Shown here: positions 54,449 to 63,427 of the stretch, piece by piece
How positions within the stretch are numbered: position 1 is the stretch's first letter
How the letters are laid out: each line of letters opens with the position of its first letter
Source of the DNA: Eubacteriales bacterium
GTDB lineage: Bacteria; Bacillota; Clostridia; Oscillospirales; UBA644
Assembly: GCA_045635765.1 (NCBI GenBank)
Contig: JAZTWH010000026.1
Location: 17,783-81,782 of the forward strand
DNA length: 64,000 nt
Direction: 5' to 3'
The notes under the pieces: generated by a model
What the model saw: the letters and a program-made list of their open reading frames with translations, nothing else
What the model was told of the DNA's origin: nothing
Database searches by the model: none
Position numbers and translations under genes: made by a program

Positions 54449-55882
54449 ATGAAGCGGGCTTCCGGCGTTTTGTTACACGTTTCTTCCCTTTGGGGGGATT
54501 ATTCCGAGGGATCCTTTGGGGATGCGGCCAAAGAATGGATCGATTTTTTGGCGGATTGCGGATTTTCCTATTGGCAGACTCTGCCCTTTTGTCTGCCCGA
54601 TGAGTATAATTCTCCCTATTGCTCTCTGTCCACCTTTTCGGTCAATCCTTATTTTATTGACCTCCCTTCCTTACAGGAGGAAGGACTTCTTACGGCAGAG
54701 GAACTGGCCCAAGCAAAACAGAATACCCCCTACGCCTGTGAATTTTCCCGGCTGTCCCGGGAACGGATGACCCTTCTTGGCAAGGCCGCTCGGCGGTTTG
54801 ACGATCTGCAGGGACTGGAGGCCTTCTTGCAGGCCCATCCCCGCACCGCCGATTTCTGCCGCTTTATGGCCATCCGGGCTTCCAACGAAAATGCCCCTTG
54901 GACTCAATGGAAAGAGGATCGGGTGGAGGAAGAGACCTTGAGACTGTGGCAGTTTAGTCAGTACACCTTCTTTCGGCAGTGGAAGAAGATCAAGGAATAT
55001 GCAAACGGGAAGGGGATCTCCGTCATCGGGGATATACCCATCTACGTTGCGTTGAATTCCTCGGACGTTTGGGCGGCCCCGGAGCAATTTTTGCTGGATC
55101 GGGAGAATCGACCCTTGGGCGTGGCCGGAGTTCCCCCGGACTATTTTTCCAAGGACGGCCAGCGGTGGGGAAATCCTCTTTACGACTGGAAGAAAATGAA
55201 GACCGACGGGTATGCCTGGTGGAAGGACCGGATCGGCTTCATGTGTGAGTTGTTTGACGGCGTCCGTATCGACCATTTCCGGGGATTGGAATCCTATTAT
55301 TTCATTCCTTTCGAAGAGACCACCGCCCGCAACGGAACGTGGGTCAAGGGGCCGGGAATGTCCCTTGTCCGTGCAATCAAGGAGGCTTCGGGAGATAAAC
55401 TATTGATCGCAGAGGACCTGGGAGTCATTACTCCTGCCGTCCGGAAGCTGGTCAAGGACAGCGAATTTCCCGGGATGCGGGTCTTTCAGTTCGGATTTCT
55501 CGGAGACGAGAATTCTCCTCACCTGCCCCATAATTACGACAACCATTCCATCGTCTATACGGGGACCCATGATAATAACACGCTGTTGGGATACATCTGG
55601 GAGTTGGATGATGCCACCCGCCGAAAGGTTTTGGATTATTGCGGATACGACGGGGAGGACTGGAACAACGGATACGATTGTATTCTTCGCACCCTCTTCC
55701 AATCCCACGGCGGAATCCTTATTCTTCCCGTGCAGGACCTTCTGCTGTACGGACGGGATACTCGTCTCAATCAACCGGGGACCCGGGAGGATAACTGGTC
55801 TTACCGCTTGACCAAGGAGCAATTCCAACAAATCGACCGGGAAAAATTCCGTACCTGGAACCGCCTCTACGGGCGAATATAA
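54449..55882 (+). CDS. malQ: 4-alpha-glucanotransferase (amylomaltase, GH77)
   Basis: 477 aa. GH77 motifs YWQTLPF, VIGDIPIYV, RIDHFRG, AEDLG and VYTGTHDNNT. Confidence 0.9.
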   Translation: MKRASGVLLHVSSLWGDYSEGSFGDAAKEWIDFLADCGFSYWQTLPFCLPDEYNSPYCSLSTFSVNPYFIDLPSLQEEGLLTAEELAQAKQNTPYACEFSRLSRERMTLLGKAARRFDDLQGLEAFLQAHPRTADFCRFMAIRASNENAPWTQWKEDRVEEETLRLWQFSQYTFFRQWKKIKEYANGKGISVIGDIPIYVALNSSDVWAAPEQFLLDRENRPLGVAGVPPDYFSKDGQRWGNPLYDWKKMKTDGYAWWKDRIGFMCELFDGVRIDHFRGLESYYFIPFEETTARNGTWVKGPGMSLVRAIKEASGDKLLIAEDLGVITPAVRKLVKDSEFPGMRVFQFGFLGDENSPHLPHNYDNHSIVYTGTHDNNTLLGYIWELDDATRRKVLDYCGYDGEDWNNGYDCILRTLFQSHGGILILPVQDLLLYGRDTRLNQPGTREDNWSYRLTKEQFQQIDREKFRTWNRLYGRI

Positions 55883-55927
55883 AGCCTTGATAAACAGATT
55901 CCTGTTACAAAGCACAGAATCAATGAA

Positions 55928-55977
55928 AATAGCCATGACCGCAGGCCGTGCCGGTGGGTCATGGCTATTGATGTTTT
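55928..55977. terminator. Shared terminator between the convergent malQ (+) and trkH (-) genes
   Basis: aatagccatgac ... gtcatggctatt forms a 12-bp stem, followed by gatgtttt. Confidence 0.7.
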
Positions 55978-55980
55978 CCA

Positions 55981-57423
55981 TTATTTTCTCAGCCAAGAGG
56001 TGGGGGAGAAGAAGATGATCAGGGGGAAGATCTCCAATCTGCCCAAAAGCATGGCAATGGAAAGGACGATCTTGGAAAGGTCTGAATATTCCGAAAAGCC
56101 GGCGGCGGGACCGACGGCACCGAACCCCGGCCCAATGTTGTTAAAGCAGGCGGTGACGGCGGAAAAATTACTCTCCAGCCCAAAGGGCTCCAGGGAGATA
56201 ATGAGAAAGATGGCTGCGAAGCAGATCAGATAAATCCCAAGATAGGTGTTCACTCCCGTCAGGGTCTGTTCTTCCACGGGCCGCCCCTCGAAGCGAAGGG
56301 ATTTAAAGGAGCGGGGGTGGAGCATTTTTTGAATTTCCCGTCTAATTTGCTTGATCATCAATACGACCCGGGATACCTTGATTCCTCCGGCGGTGGAGCC
56401 GGCACATCCGCCTACGAACATCAGGACCAGCAAAATTCCTTTTGCAAAGGCCGGCCAGAGGTTAAAGTCCGCGGTGGCGAAGCCGGTGGTGGTAATGATC
56501 GACGAAACCTGAAAGACCGAATGGCGGAGGGTGTCGGAGAGGTTTTTGTACTGAGGAAAAATGGCAAAGGCAATTCCCAGCACCGAGGCCGCCACGATTC
56601 CCAAGTAGGTCCACAGTTCTTCGCTCTTGACGGCGGCCTTGAACCGCCGGATCAAGATCAGGTAGTAAACGTTGAAATTGATTCCGAACAGGAGCATAAA
56701 AACGGCGATGACCCATTGCAGATAAGGGGAATAGGACCCCAAACTGTCAGCCTTGATTCCGAATCCGCCGGTTCCTGCCGTTCCGAAGGCATAAAGAATA
56801 CTGTCAAAGGCAGACATTCCTCCCAAAAGGAGAAGGACGATCTGGACCATGGTCATGACGATATAGATCAAATAAAGAATTTTTGCCGTGTCCTTGATCC
56901 GTGGGACCAGCTTTCCCACGGTGGGGCCGGGGACCTCTGCCCGGAGGATATGGATAGACCGTTCCGAAATGTTGGGAATGACCGCCATAACGAATACCAG
57001 GATCCCCATTCCTCCGATCCAGTGAGTAAAACTTCTCCAGAACAGTAACCCCTTGCTCAGGGCCTCCACGTTGGTCAGAATCGATGCTCCCGTGGTGGTA
57101 AATCCGCTGACCGTCTCGAATACTGCGTCAATATAAGAGGGAATCTCTCCGCTGATTTTGAAGGGCAACGCCCCCAGCAGGGAAAAGAGAATCCAAGAGG
57201 CGGAAACGATAAAAAAGCCTTCTTTTGCGTAAATAACCGGGGTGCGGGGCTTGGAAAGTCCTATCATCAGCCCTCCCAGTCCCAGGGCAATCACGGCCGT
57301 CAACGCAAAGGCAAAGAGGCAGGATTCCCGGTAGATCAGAGAGACCACGGTAGGAAGAATCAAAAAGAATCCCTCCGCAAGGATCATCTTTCCTACGGTG
57401 TTTACGATCATTCTCCGATTCAT
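55981..57423 (-). CDS. trkH: TrkH-family potassium uptake membrane protein
   Basis: 480 aa, polytopic, with pore-loop motifs (SGFTTTGAS, GTAGTGGF, TTTGFAT, GSTAGGIKV). Overlaps the trkA stop. Confidence 0.88.
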   Translation of the reverse strand: MNRRMIVNTVGKMILAEGFFLILPTVVSLIYRESCLFAFALTAVIALGLGGLMIGLSKPRTPVIYAKEGFFIVSASWILFSLLGALPFKISGEIPSYIDAVFETVSGFTTTGASILTNVEALSKGLLFWRSFTHWIGGMGILVFVMAVIPNISERSIHILRAEVPGPTVGKLVPRIKDTAKILYLIYIVMTMVQIVLLLLGGMSAFDSILYAFGTAGTGGFGIKADSLGSYSPYLQWVIAVFMLLFGINFNVYYLILIRRFKAAVKSEELWTYLGIVAASVLGIAFAIFPQYKNLSDTLRHSVFQVSSIITTTGFATADFNLWPAFAKGILLVLMFVGGCAGSTAGGIKVSRVVLMIKQIRREIQKMLHPRSFKSLRFEGRPVEEQTLTGVNTYLGIYLICFAAIFLIISLEPFGLESNFSAVTACFNNIGPGFGAVGPAAGFSEYSDLSKIVLSIAMLLGRLEIFPLIIFFSPTSWLRK

Positions 57424-58787
57424 TGCTTGTTCCTCAAAATATCCGAAAGATTCCGAATTCGGTTCCCGGAGGTCAGGATCAGAACCTTATCTTCCCCCCG
57501 GATTTCGTCGTTTCCTGCGGGGATGATGCTCTTGCGTCCCCGGGTAATTCCAGCAATAAGAGTATTGGGCTTCAACGGAAGGTCTTTTAAGGGGATGTTG
57601 CAGACGGGAGCGTCGGTATGTACGGTAAATTCCAGAGCCTCGGCCTTCCCGTCCGCCAACTTATACAGGGTTTCCACACTACTGTCCAGGGAATTGCCCA
57701 GAGCTCTGGCATAGCGGACCAAAATGTTGGCAACGGTCTGTTTGGGGGAGACCACCGAGTCCAGGCCCAGGGATTCGGCCATGGGAATAAACTCATCCCG
57801 ATTCACCTTGGAAATAACCTTGGGAACCTGGTTGGATTCTGCAAAATAGGAAACGAGAATGTTTTGTTCGTCCAATCCCGTAAGGGCGACGAAGGCGTCA
57901 ACGTTGGACAGTCCTTCCTCTAGTAACAGCTCCTGCTGTGCCCCGTCTCCGTGAATCATGACCGCCTCCGGCAATTCTTCGGAAAAGCCCTTGCAGCGGG
58001 CTTCGTTTTTATCTACGATCTTTACGGAGTTTCCGCCGGCCAAAAGCATCCTTGCCAGATAATAGGCCGTATTGCTTGCTCCCAAAATCATAACGTCCCG
58101 GGCTTGCTTTTTCAGAATTCCCAGGCTTCTCAGCAGTTTGGTTACCTCTACGGGAGTGGCAATCAGACCGATTTTGTCCCCACTGTTTAACTGAAACGTT
58201 CCGTCGGGGATATAGACTTGATTTTTCCGCTGAACCATGCAGATGAGGAATTTATAGGGATACTTTTTCCGCAGATCCATCAGCTTCATCCCGTCTAAAG
58301 GAGAGTCTGATTTCAACTTCAGCTCCACCATTTCAAGGCCCCGGCCCGAAAAGGTCTCCACCCGTGCGGCGGAGGGAAGCTTCAGCATATTATATAACTC
58401 CCTTGCAACCATCCGTTCCGGGTTGATGACCAGGGAGATCTCCAGCTGCTTGCGGAGAAAATCCAAGCTCCCGTCGTTATGCTCCGGATTGCGGATCCGG
58501 GCAACCGTGTGCTTTGCACCCATACGCTTCGCCAAAAAGCAGCTGAGCATATTCAGCTCGTCGGAGCCGGTCACCGCAACAAACAGGTCCGCGTTTTGGG
58601 TCCCAACCTCCAGCAAAAGGTCCCAGTCGGTCCCGTTTCCGCAGGCACTGATTACGTCGTAAAGATTGGTAATATCCTTCAGGACTTGGGGAGAATTGTC
58701 AATGGCTACCACGTCGTGTCCTTCACTGACCAGACTTTCAATCAGAGCCGTACCGATCTTTCCGCACCCGGTAACAATGATTTTCAT
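57420..58787 (-). CDS. trkA: Trk system NAD-binding protein TrkA (double RCK)
   Basis: 455 aa. Two Rossmann N-termini (MKIIVTGCGKIGTAL and VMILGASNTAYYLA), each followed by a TrkA_C domain. Confidence 0.9.
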   Translation of the reverse strand: MKIIVTGCGKIGTALIESLVSEGHDVVAIDNSPQVLKDITNLYDVISACGNGTDWDLLLEVGTQNADLFVAVTGSDELNMLSCFLAKRMGAKHTVARIRNPEHNDGSLDFLRKQLEISLVINPERMVARELYNMLKLPSAARVETFSGRGLEMVELKLKSDSPLDGMKLMDLRKKYPYKFLICMVQRKNQVYIPDGTFQLNSGDKIGLIATPVEVTKLLRSLGILKKQARDVMILGASNTAYYLARMLLAGGNSVKIVDKNEARCKGFSEELPEAVMIHGDGAQQELLLEEGLSNVDAFVALTGLDEQNILVSYFAESNQVPKVISKVNRDEFIPMAESLGLDSVVSPKQTVANILVRYARALGNSLDSSVETLYKLADGKAEALEFTVHTDAPVCNIPLKDLPLKPNTLIAGITRGRKSIIPAGNDEIRGEDKVLILTSGNRIRNLSDILRNKQ

Positions 58788-58820
58788 AAGGGAAGCCTTC
58801 CTTTCCTTGTCGTTCTGTTT

Positions 58821-58849
58821 ATTATAACATAGTTTTTTTCGATTTTCAA
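58821..58849 (-). promoter_or_regulatory. Sigma-A-type promoter for trkA-trkH
   Basis: Minus strand reads TTGAAA-17 bp-TATAAT. Confidence 0.6.
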
Positions 58850-58930
58850 CCGTCTTAACAAAAAAGACAAGGTTTTCGGAGGAATTCCCTGGCTTTTTTC
58901 GGCTTTTTTCCGACTTTTGTGTGGGAGATA

Positions 58931-58959
58931 TTGACGGAAGCGGCGTTTCGTGCTATAAT
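58931..58959 (+). promoter_or_regulatory. Sigma-A-type promoter for the methyltransferase gene
   Basis: TTGACG-17 bp-TATAAT with TGc upstream of the -10. Confidence 0.6.
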
Positions 58960-59001
58960 AAATGATGACTTTATTAAGATTTTAAGACGGAGACAGAAAT
59001 C

Positions 59002-59856
59002 ATGTGGATAGCAGACGGCTGGAAGGATTTTCAGGTTCTGGATGCCTCGGGCGGGGAAAAATTGGAGCGATGGGGAAAATATACCTTTGTCCGCCCCGAC
59101 CCTCAGGTGATTTGGAACACCCCCCGGGAACGTTCGGAATGGAAGAGACCCAGTGCCAGTTATTCCCGTTCCTCCTCCGGCGGAGGCCATTGGAACGGTG
59201 CGGAGATTCCCATGTTCCGCATCGGATATCAGGATCTGATTTTTCAGATCAAGCCCATGTCCTTTAAGCATACCGGCCTTTTCCCCGAGCAGGCCGTAAA
59301 CTGGGATTGGGCTCGGGAGCAGATCCGCAAGTCCGGAAGGGAAGCCCCCCAGGTCCTGAACCTCTTTGCCTACACGGGAGGGGCTTCGGTGGCTTGTGCG
59401 AAGGAAGGAGCCAAGGTCTGCCACGTGGACGCTTCCAAGGGAATGGTTGCGTGGGCGAAGGAAAACGCCCAGGCCTGCGGCTTGGACAATATCCGCTATA
59501 TCGTGGACGATTGTGTAAAATTTGTCCAGCGGGAGATCCGGCGGGGAAGACGGTACGACGGACTGATCCTCGACCCTCCCTCCTACGGCAGAGGCCCTGA
59601 CGGAGAAATTTGGAAGCTGGAAACGGAGCTGTACGGTCTTTTGGATCTTTGCGTTCAGGTTCTTAATGACGATCCTCTGTTTTTAATCCTGAATTCTTAC
59701 ACTACCGGCCTTTCCGCCGGATGTATGGAATATATGCTGGGCTGTACCGTTGCCCGTCGGTTCGGGGGAAAGGTTACGGCTTCCGAGATCGGGCTCCCGG
59801 TGGGGGACACCGGGTATTGCCTGCCCTGCGGTGCCACAGCCCGCTGGACGAAGTAA
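59002..59856 (+). CDS. Class I SAM-dependent (RlmI/RlmK-like) RNA methyltransferase
   Basis: 284 aa. SAM motif VLNLFAYTGGASVA, HVDASK and LILDPPSYGRG. Confidence 0.7.
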   Translation: MWIADGWKDFQVLDASGGEKLERWGKYTFVRPDPQVIWNTPRERSEWKRPSASYSRSSSGGGHWNGAEIPMFRIGYQDLIFQIKPMSFKHTGLFPEQAVNWDWAREQIRKSGREAPQVLNLFAYTGGASVACAKEGAKVCHVDASKGMVAWAKENAQACGLDNIRYIVDDCVKFVQREIRRGRRYDGLILDPPSYGRGPDGEIWKLETELYGLLDLCVQVLNDDPLFLILNSYTTGLSAGCMEYMLGCTVARRFGGKVTASEIGLPVGDTGYCLPCGATARWTK

Positions 59857-60000
59857 CGAACCACCTAACGAAGCAATCAAACCACAAGGCCGCAACGCGA
59901 CGACGCAACCAGCAACGAAGATGTGTCGTAACCACGCGATGACGCGACGGTGCGATAAGCAAAAGCAAGGAAGCAATGAAACAACGAAGAAACCAAGCGA
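59846..60000 (+). repeat. T-depleted A/C-rich spacer built from degenerate ACGAAG-containing units, starting at the methyltransferase stop codon
   Basis: acgaagtaacgaaccac (contains the stop codon TAA) is followed by acgaagcaatcaaaccac. Later units include agcaacgaagatg and aacaacgaagaaacc. T is very rare over ~150 nt. Confidence 0.6.
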
Positions 60001-60052
60001 CAGAGTGCCGGGTTTCGGATCCCGGATTGATTCCCCGAAAGGAGGGAGATTT

Positions 60053-60904
60053 GTGTCTGTAATTGAAGCTAAAAATTTGACCTTTCGATATTCCGCCGAC
60101 GCTGAGCCGGTGTTAAAGGACCTTTCCCTGTCGGTGGAACCGGGGGAATTCGTGGCTGTTTTAGGACACAACGGAAGTGGAAAATCCACCCTCGCAAAGC
60201 ACCTCAATGGGATCTGTATTCCCGACGGGGGTGCTTTGACCGTTTGCGGTCTGGACGTGACCGACCCGGGAAATTTGCCGGCCGTCCGACGGAAGGTAGG
60301 CATGGTTTTTCAGAATCCGGACAATCAGATCATCGCCTCCGTCGTGGAGGAGGACGTGGCCTTCGCCCTGGAAAATCTGGGCGTGCCCCACGATGAAATG
60401 CACAAACGGGTCCAAGAGGCCCTCGAGGCGGTGGATATGGCCCATTATGCCACCCACGCCACCTATAAGCTTTCCGGCGGACAGAAGCAACGGGTTGCCA
60501 TCGCCGGCATCCTTGCCATGCGTCCCGATATTTTGGTCTTGGACGAACCTACGGCCATGCTTGACCCGGAGGGCCGGGCAGAAGTCATGGGCGTGTTACA
60601 CAAATTCCATCAAGAAGGCATGACCGTGGTCTTGATTACGCACTTTATGGACGAAGCTGCCCAGGCGGATCGGATCGTGGTGATGAATGAAGGGGAGATT
60701 TTGCTGGACGGTGCTCCCGGATACGTATTTCAGAACGCTGGGCTTTTGTGGAGCGTGGGACTGAACGTTCCCCAAAGCACCGAATTGATGTTTTTGCTCC
60801 GGGAAGAGGGATATCGGGTTCCGCTGGCCGTTTTGACGGAAGAGGAATGTATCACCGTTTTGGATGACCTCTTGGCGGGACGCATCGGAAGGGAGGACGT
60901 ATGA
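60053..60904 (+). CDS. ecfA1: Energy-coupling factor transporter ATPase
   Basis: GTG 60053 lies 7 nt after GGAGGGA. VSVIEAKNLTFRY, Walker A GHNGSGKST, LSGGQKQRVAIAG and VLDEPT. The track ORF from 59750 is an unsupported upstream extension. Confidence 0.88.
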   Translation: MSVIEAKNLTFRYSADAEPVLKDLSLSVEPGEFVAVLGHNGSGKSTLAKHLNGICIPDGGALTVCGLDVTDPGNLPAVRRKVGMVFQNPDNQIIASVVEEDVAFALENLGVPHDEMHKRVQEALEAVDMAHYATHATYKLSGGQKQRVAIAGILAMRPDILVLDEPTAMLDPEGRAEVMGVLHKFHQEGMTVVLITHFMDEAAQADRIVVMNEGEILLDGAPGYVFQNAGLLWSVGLNVPQSTELMFLLREEGYRVPLAVLTEEECITVLDDLLAGRIGREDV

Positions 60905-61764
60905 GCAATCCGATTCTTCGGGTGCAGGACCTGACCCAGGTGTACGGGGAAGGGACTCCCTTTGAAAAAACGGCGGTCAACGGCGTCTCCTTTGAACTAT
61001 ATGAAGGAGAATTTATCGGGATTATCGGCCATACGGGCTCCGGGAAATCTACCCTGATCCAAATGCTCAACGGGTTGATGAAGCCCACTTCCGGCTCCAT
61101 TTTCTTCCGCGGAGAGGATATTTGGGGAAAGAAATATGACCGCCGTGCCCTGCGTGCCAACGTGGGTCTGGTCTTTCAGTATCCCGAATATCAGTTGTTT
61201 GAAGAGACGGTGGAAAAGGATATTGCCTTCGGGCCTCGGAATATGGAACTGTCCGAGGAGGAAATTGCTCTTCGCATCCGGGAGGGAATGTACTTTACGG
61301 GCCTTTCGGATAAATTGAGAAAAAAATCTCCCTTCGAGCTTTCCGGCGGACAGAAACGCCGGGTGGCCATCGCGGGCATCCTTGCCATGCGTCCGAAGGT
61401 CCTGATTCTGGACGAACCCACGGCGGGGCTGGATCCCAAGGGATGCAGCGAAATTCTCAGCAATATCCGAGCCTATCAAAAGGAAGAGGGGGCCACGGTG
61501 CTTCTCGTCTCCCACAGCATGGAGGATATTGCCGCCCATGCGGAAAGAGTCATGGTTTTGGAACAGGGCAACCTGCGGATGTTTGACGAAACCCGAAGGG
61601 TATTTTCCCAGGGAGAAGAGCTTCTTTCCATGGGATTGAACGTCCCCCAGATCACCCGGATCTTCCTGACCCTCAAGCAACGGGGACACGGAACCCTGCC
61701 TTCGGTCTTGTCTCCCCGGGAGGCGATTGCCTGCCTTGACGCTGTGACGGGAGGTGTCAAATGA
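60901..61764 (+). CDS. ecfA2: Energy-coupling factor transporter ATPase
   Basis: 287 aa. GHTGSGKST, LSGGQKRRVAIAG and ILDEPT. ATGA overlaps at both ends. Confidence 0.9.
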   Translation: MSNPILRVQDLTQVYGEGTPFEKTAVNGVSFELYEGEFIGIIGHTGSGKSTLIQMLNGLMKPTSGSIFFRGEDIWGKKYDRRALRANVGLVFQYPEYQLFEETVEKDIAFGPRNMELSEEEIALRIREGMYFTGLSDKLRKKSPFELSGGQKRRVAIAGILAMRPKVLILDEPTAGLDPKGCSEILSNIRAYQKEEGATVLLVSHSMEDIAAHAERVMVLEQGNLRMFDETRRVFSQGEELLSMGLNVPQITRIFLTLKQRGHGTLPSVLSPREAIACLDAVTGGVK

Positions 61765-62585
61765 TTCGTGATATTACCCTGGGACAATATTTCCCCGGCA
61801 CTTCCTTCCTTCATCGGATGGATCCCCGGGCGAAGATCCTGTTGATGATCGTTTCCGTGGTCACGCTTTTTACGGCGGATACGGTTTTGGCTTATCTCTT
61901 TTTGCTCGTTTCCACTGCCGTAATAATTGCAATGACCCGCATTTCGCTGAAATTTTATCTCCGGGGCTTGAAGCCGCTGTTGTTTATTATGGCCTTTACG
62001 GCGGTGCTGAATATGCTCTATTCCGACGGAGAGCCCCTGGTTACCTTTTGGGTCTTTTCCATTTCCTGGGAAGGGATTTTGAAGGCAGTCTTTATGGTGG
62101 TTCGCATCATTATGATGGTCCTTACCATGTCGGTGCTGACCTATACCACCTCCCCCTTGCTTTTGACCGGGGGACTGGAACGGTTGCTGTCCCCGCTCTC
62201 TTGTTTGAAGGTCCCCGTCCATGATTTTGCCATGATGATGACCATCGCTCTGCGGTTTATTCCCACTCTGTTGGAGGAGACCGAAAAAATTATGAACGCC
62301 CAAAAGGCCCGGGGTGCGGACTTTGAAAGCGGAAGCCTGGTCCGTCGGGCCAAGGCCATGATTCCCATTCTCATTCCCCTTTTCGTTTCGGCCTTCCGCC
62401 GGGCAGAAGAGTTGGCCGTGGCCATGGAATGTCGTTGCTACGAAGGGGACAACAAAAACCGCACCCGATTTGTGGAATACCGCTTTTCCTGGCGGGATTT
62501 GGTTGCACTGATCTTTTGCGTTGTCGTTCTCCTCGGGGTTTTGGTGTTGAACCGAATCATATTGCTGGAGGGGGTAGGCCTGTGA
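61761..62585 (+). CDS. ecfT: Energy-coupling factor transporter transmembrane (T) component
   Basis: 274 aa, polytopic. Coupling-helix motifs NAQKARGADF and FRRAEELAVAMECRCY. Confidence 0.88.
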   Translation: MIRDITLGQYFPGTSFLHRMDPRAKILLMIVSVVTLFTADTVLAYLFLLVSTAVIIAMTRISLKFYLRGLKPLLFIMAFTAVLNMLYSDGEPLVTFWVFSISWEGILKAVFMVVRIIMMVLTMSVLTYTTSPLLLTGGLERLLSPLSCLKVPVHDFAMMMTIALRFIPTLLEETEKIMNAQKARGADFESGSLVRRAKAMIPILIPLFVSAFRRAEELAVAMECRCYEGDNKNRTRFVEYRFSWRDLVALIFCVVVLLGVLVLNRIILLEGVGL

Positions 62586-63310
62586 AATACCTGATCCGCC
62601 TGTCCTTTGTGGGAACGGCCTACTGCGGATGGCAGACCCAGAAAAACGGACCTTCCGTCCAGGCCTGCGTGATGGATGCCCTGCGGAGGATCTTCGGCAC
62701 CGTCTCGGAATTTTCCGGGTGTAGCCGCACCGATTCGGGGGTCCATGCACTGGATTTCTGCGTATCCTTTACCGTCCCCGGGCAGATGCCTTGTGAAAAG
62801 CTCGTTGCGGCCATGAATGCAACCCTCCCCAGAGATATTTCCGTCCATTCCGCCCGCTGTGTTCCCGAGGATTTTCACGCCCGATACAGCGTAACCAAAA
62901 AAGAGTATTTGTATCGCATCCATACGGCACCCGTTCGCTCTCCCTTTTGGGAAGAACGGGCGTGGCACCGGCCGGGGGAATATGATATTTCCCTCTTGAA
63001 TGAGGCCGCCGCACCCCTCCGGGGAACCCATGACTTTTGTTCCTTTATGGCTTCGGGCAGTAAAATCAAGGATTGCACCCGCACCGTTTTTGACGCCCAT
63101 TTTGAGCAAGGAGACGAGACCTTGAATTTTTACGTCTCCGCCGACGGATTTCTCTACAATATGGTTCGGATTATGGTGGGAACGCTGATGGACGTCCCCC
63201 GCCGTTATTCTCCCCGAGACCTGCAGGAAATCCTGGAAGCCGCAGACCGTGCCCGGGCCGGAATGACGGCTCCCCCCCACGGCTTGTACCTGCACCGTGT
63301 GGAATATTGA
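62582..63310 (+). CDS. truA: tRNA pseudouridine(38-40) synthase
   Basis: GTG 62582 overlaps the ecfT stop (GTGA). LSFVGTAYCGWQTQ and the catalytic-Asp motif RTDSGVHA. Conserved ecfAAT-truA synteny. Confidence 0.9.
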   Translation: MKYLIRLSFVGTAYCGWQTQKNGPSVQACVMDALRRIFGTVSEFSGCSRTDSGVHALDFCVSFTVPGQMPCEKLVAAMNATLPRDISVHSARCVPEDFHARYSVTKKEYLYRIHTAPVRSPFWEERAWHRPGEYDISLLNEAAAPLRGTHDFCSFMASGSKIKDCTRTVFDAHFEQGDETLNFYVSADGFLYNMVRIMVGTLMDVPRRYSPRDLQEILEAADRARAGMTAPPHGLYLHRVEY

Positions 63311-63374
63311 TAAATTGTATCTGAATCGCGTGGAATATTGATAAATTGTATCTGAATTGCGTGGAATATTGATA
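63299..63374 (+). repeat. 31-bp tandem repeat (about 2.5 copies) starting in the last codons of truA
   Basis: gtggaatattgataaattgtatctgaatcgc (63299..63329, contains the stop TGA), a copy at 63330..63360 with one mismatch, and a partial copy at 63361..63374. Confidence 0.9.
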
Positions 63375-63427
63375 CGGATTGAACTTGTCCCGTGCAGAAT
63401 ATTGATTTTGAAAAGGAGTGACGGTCA

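Noticed and set aside
59750-60052. 101-codon upstream extension of ecfA1 in the track ORF
   Set aside because: It overlaps the methyltransferase CDS and then a T-poor spacer. It has no RBS, whereas GTG 60053 has GGAGGGA 7 nt upstream and gives the canonical EcfA N-terminus.
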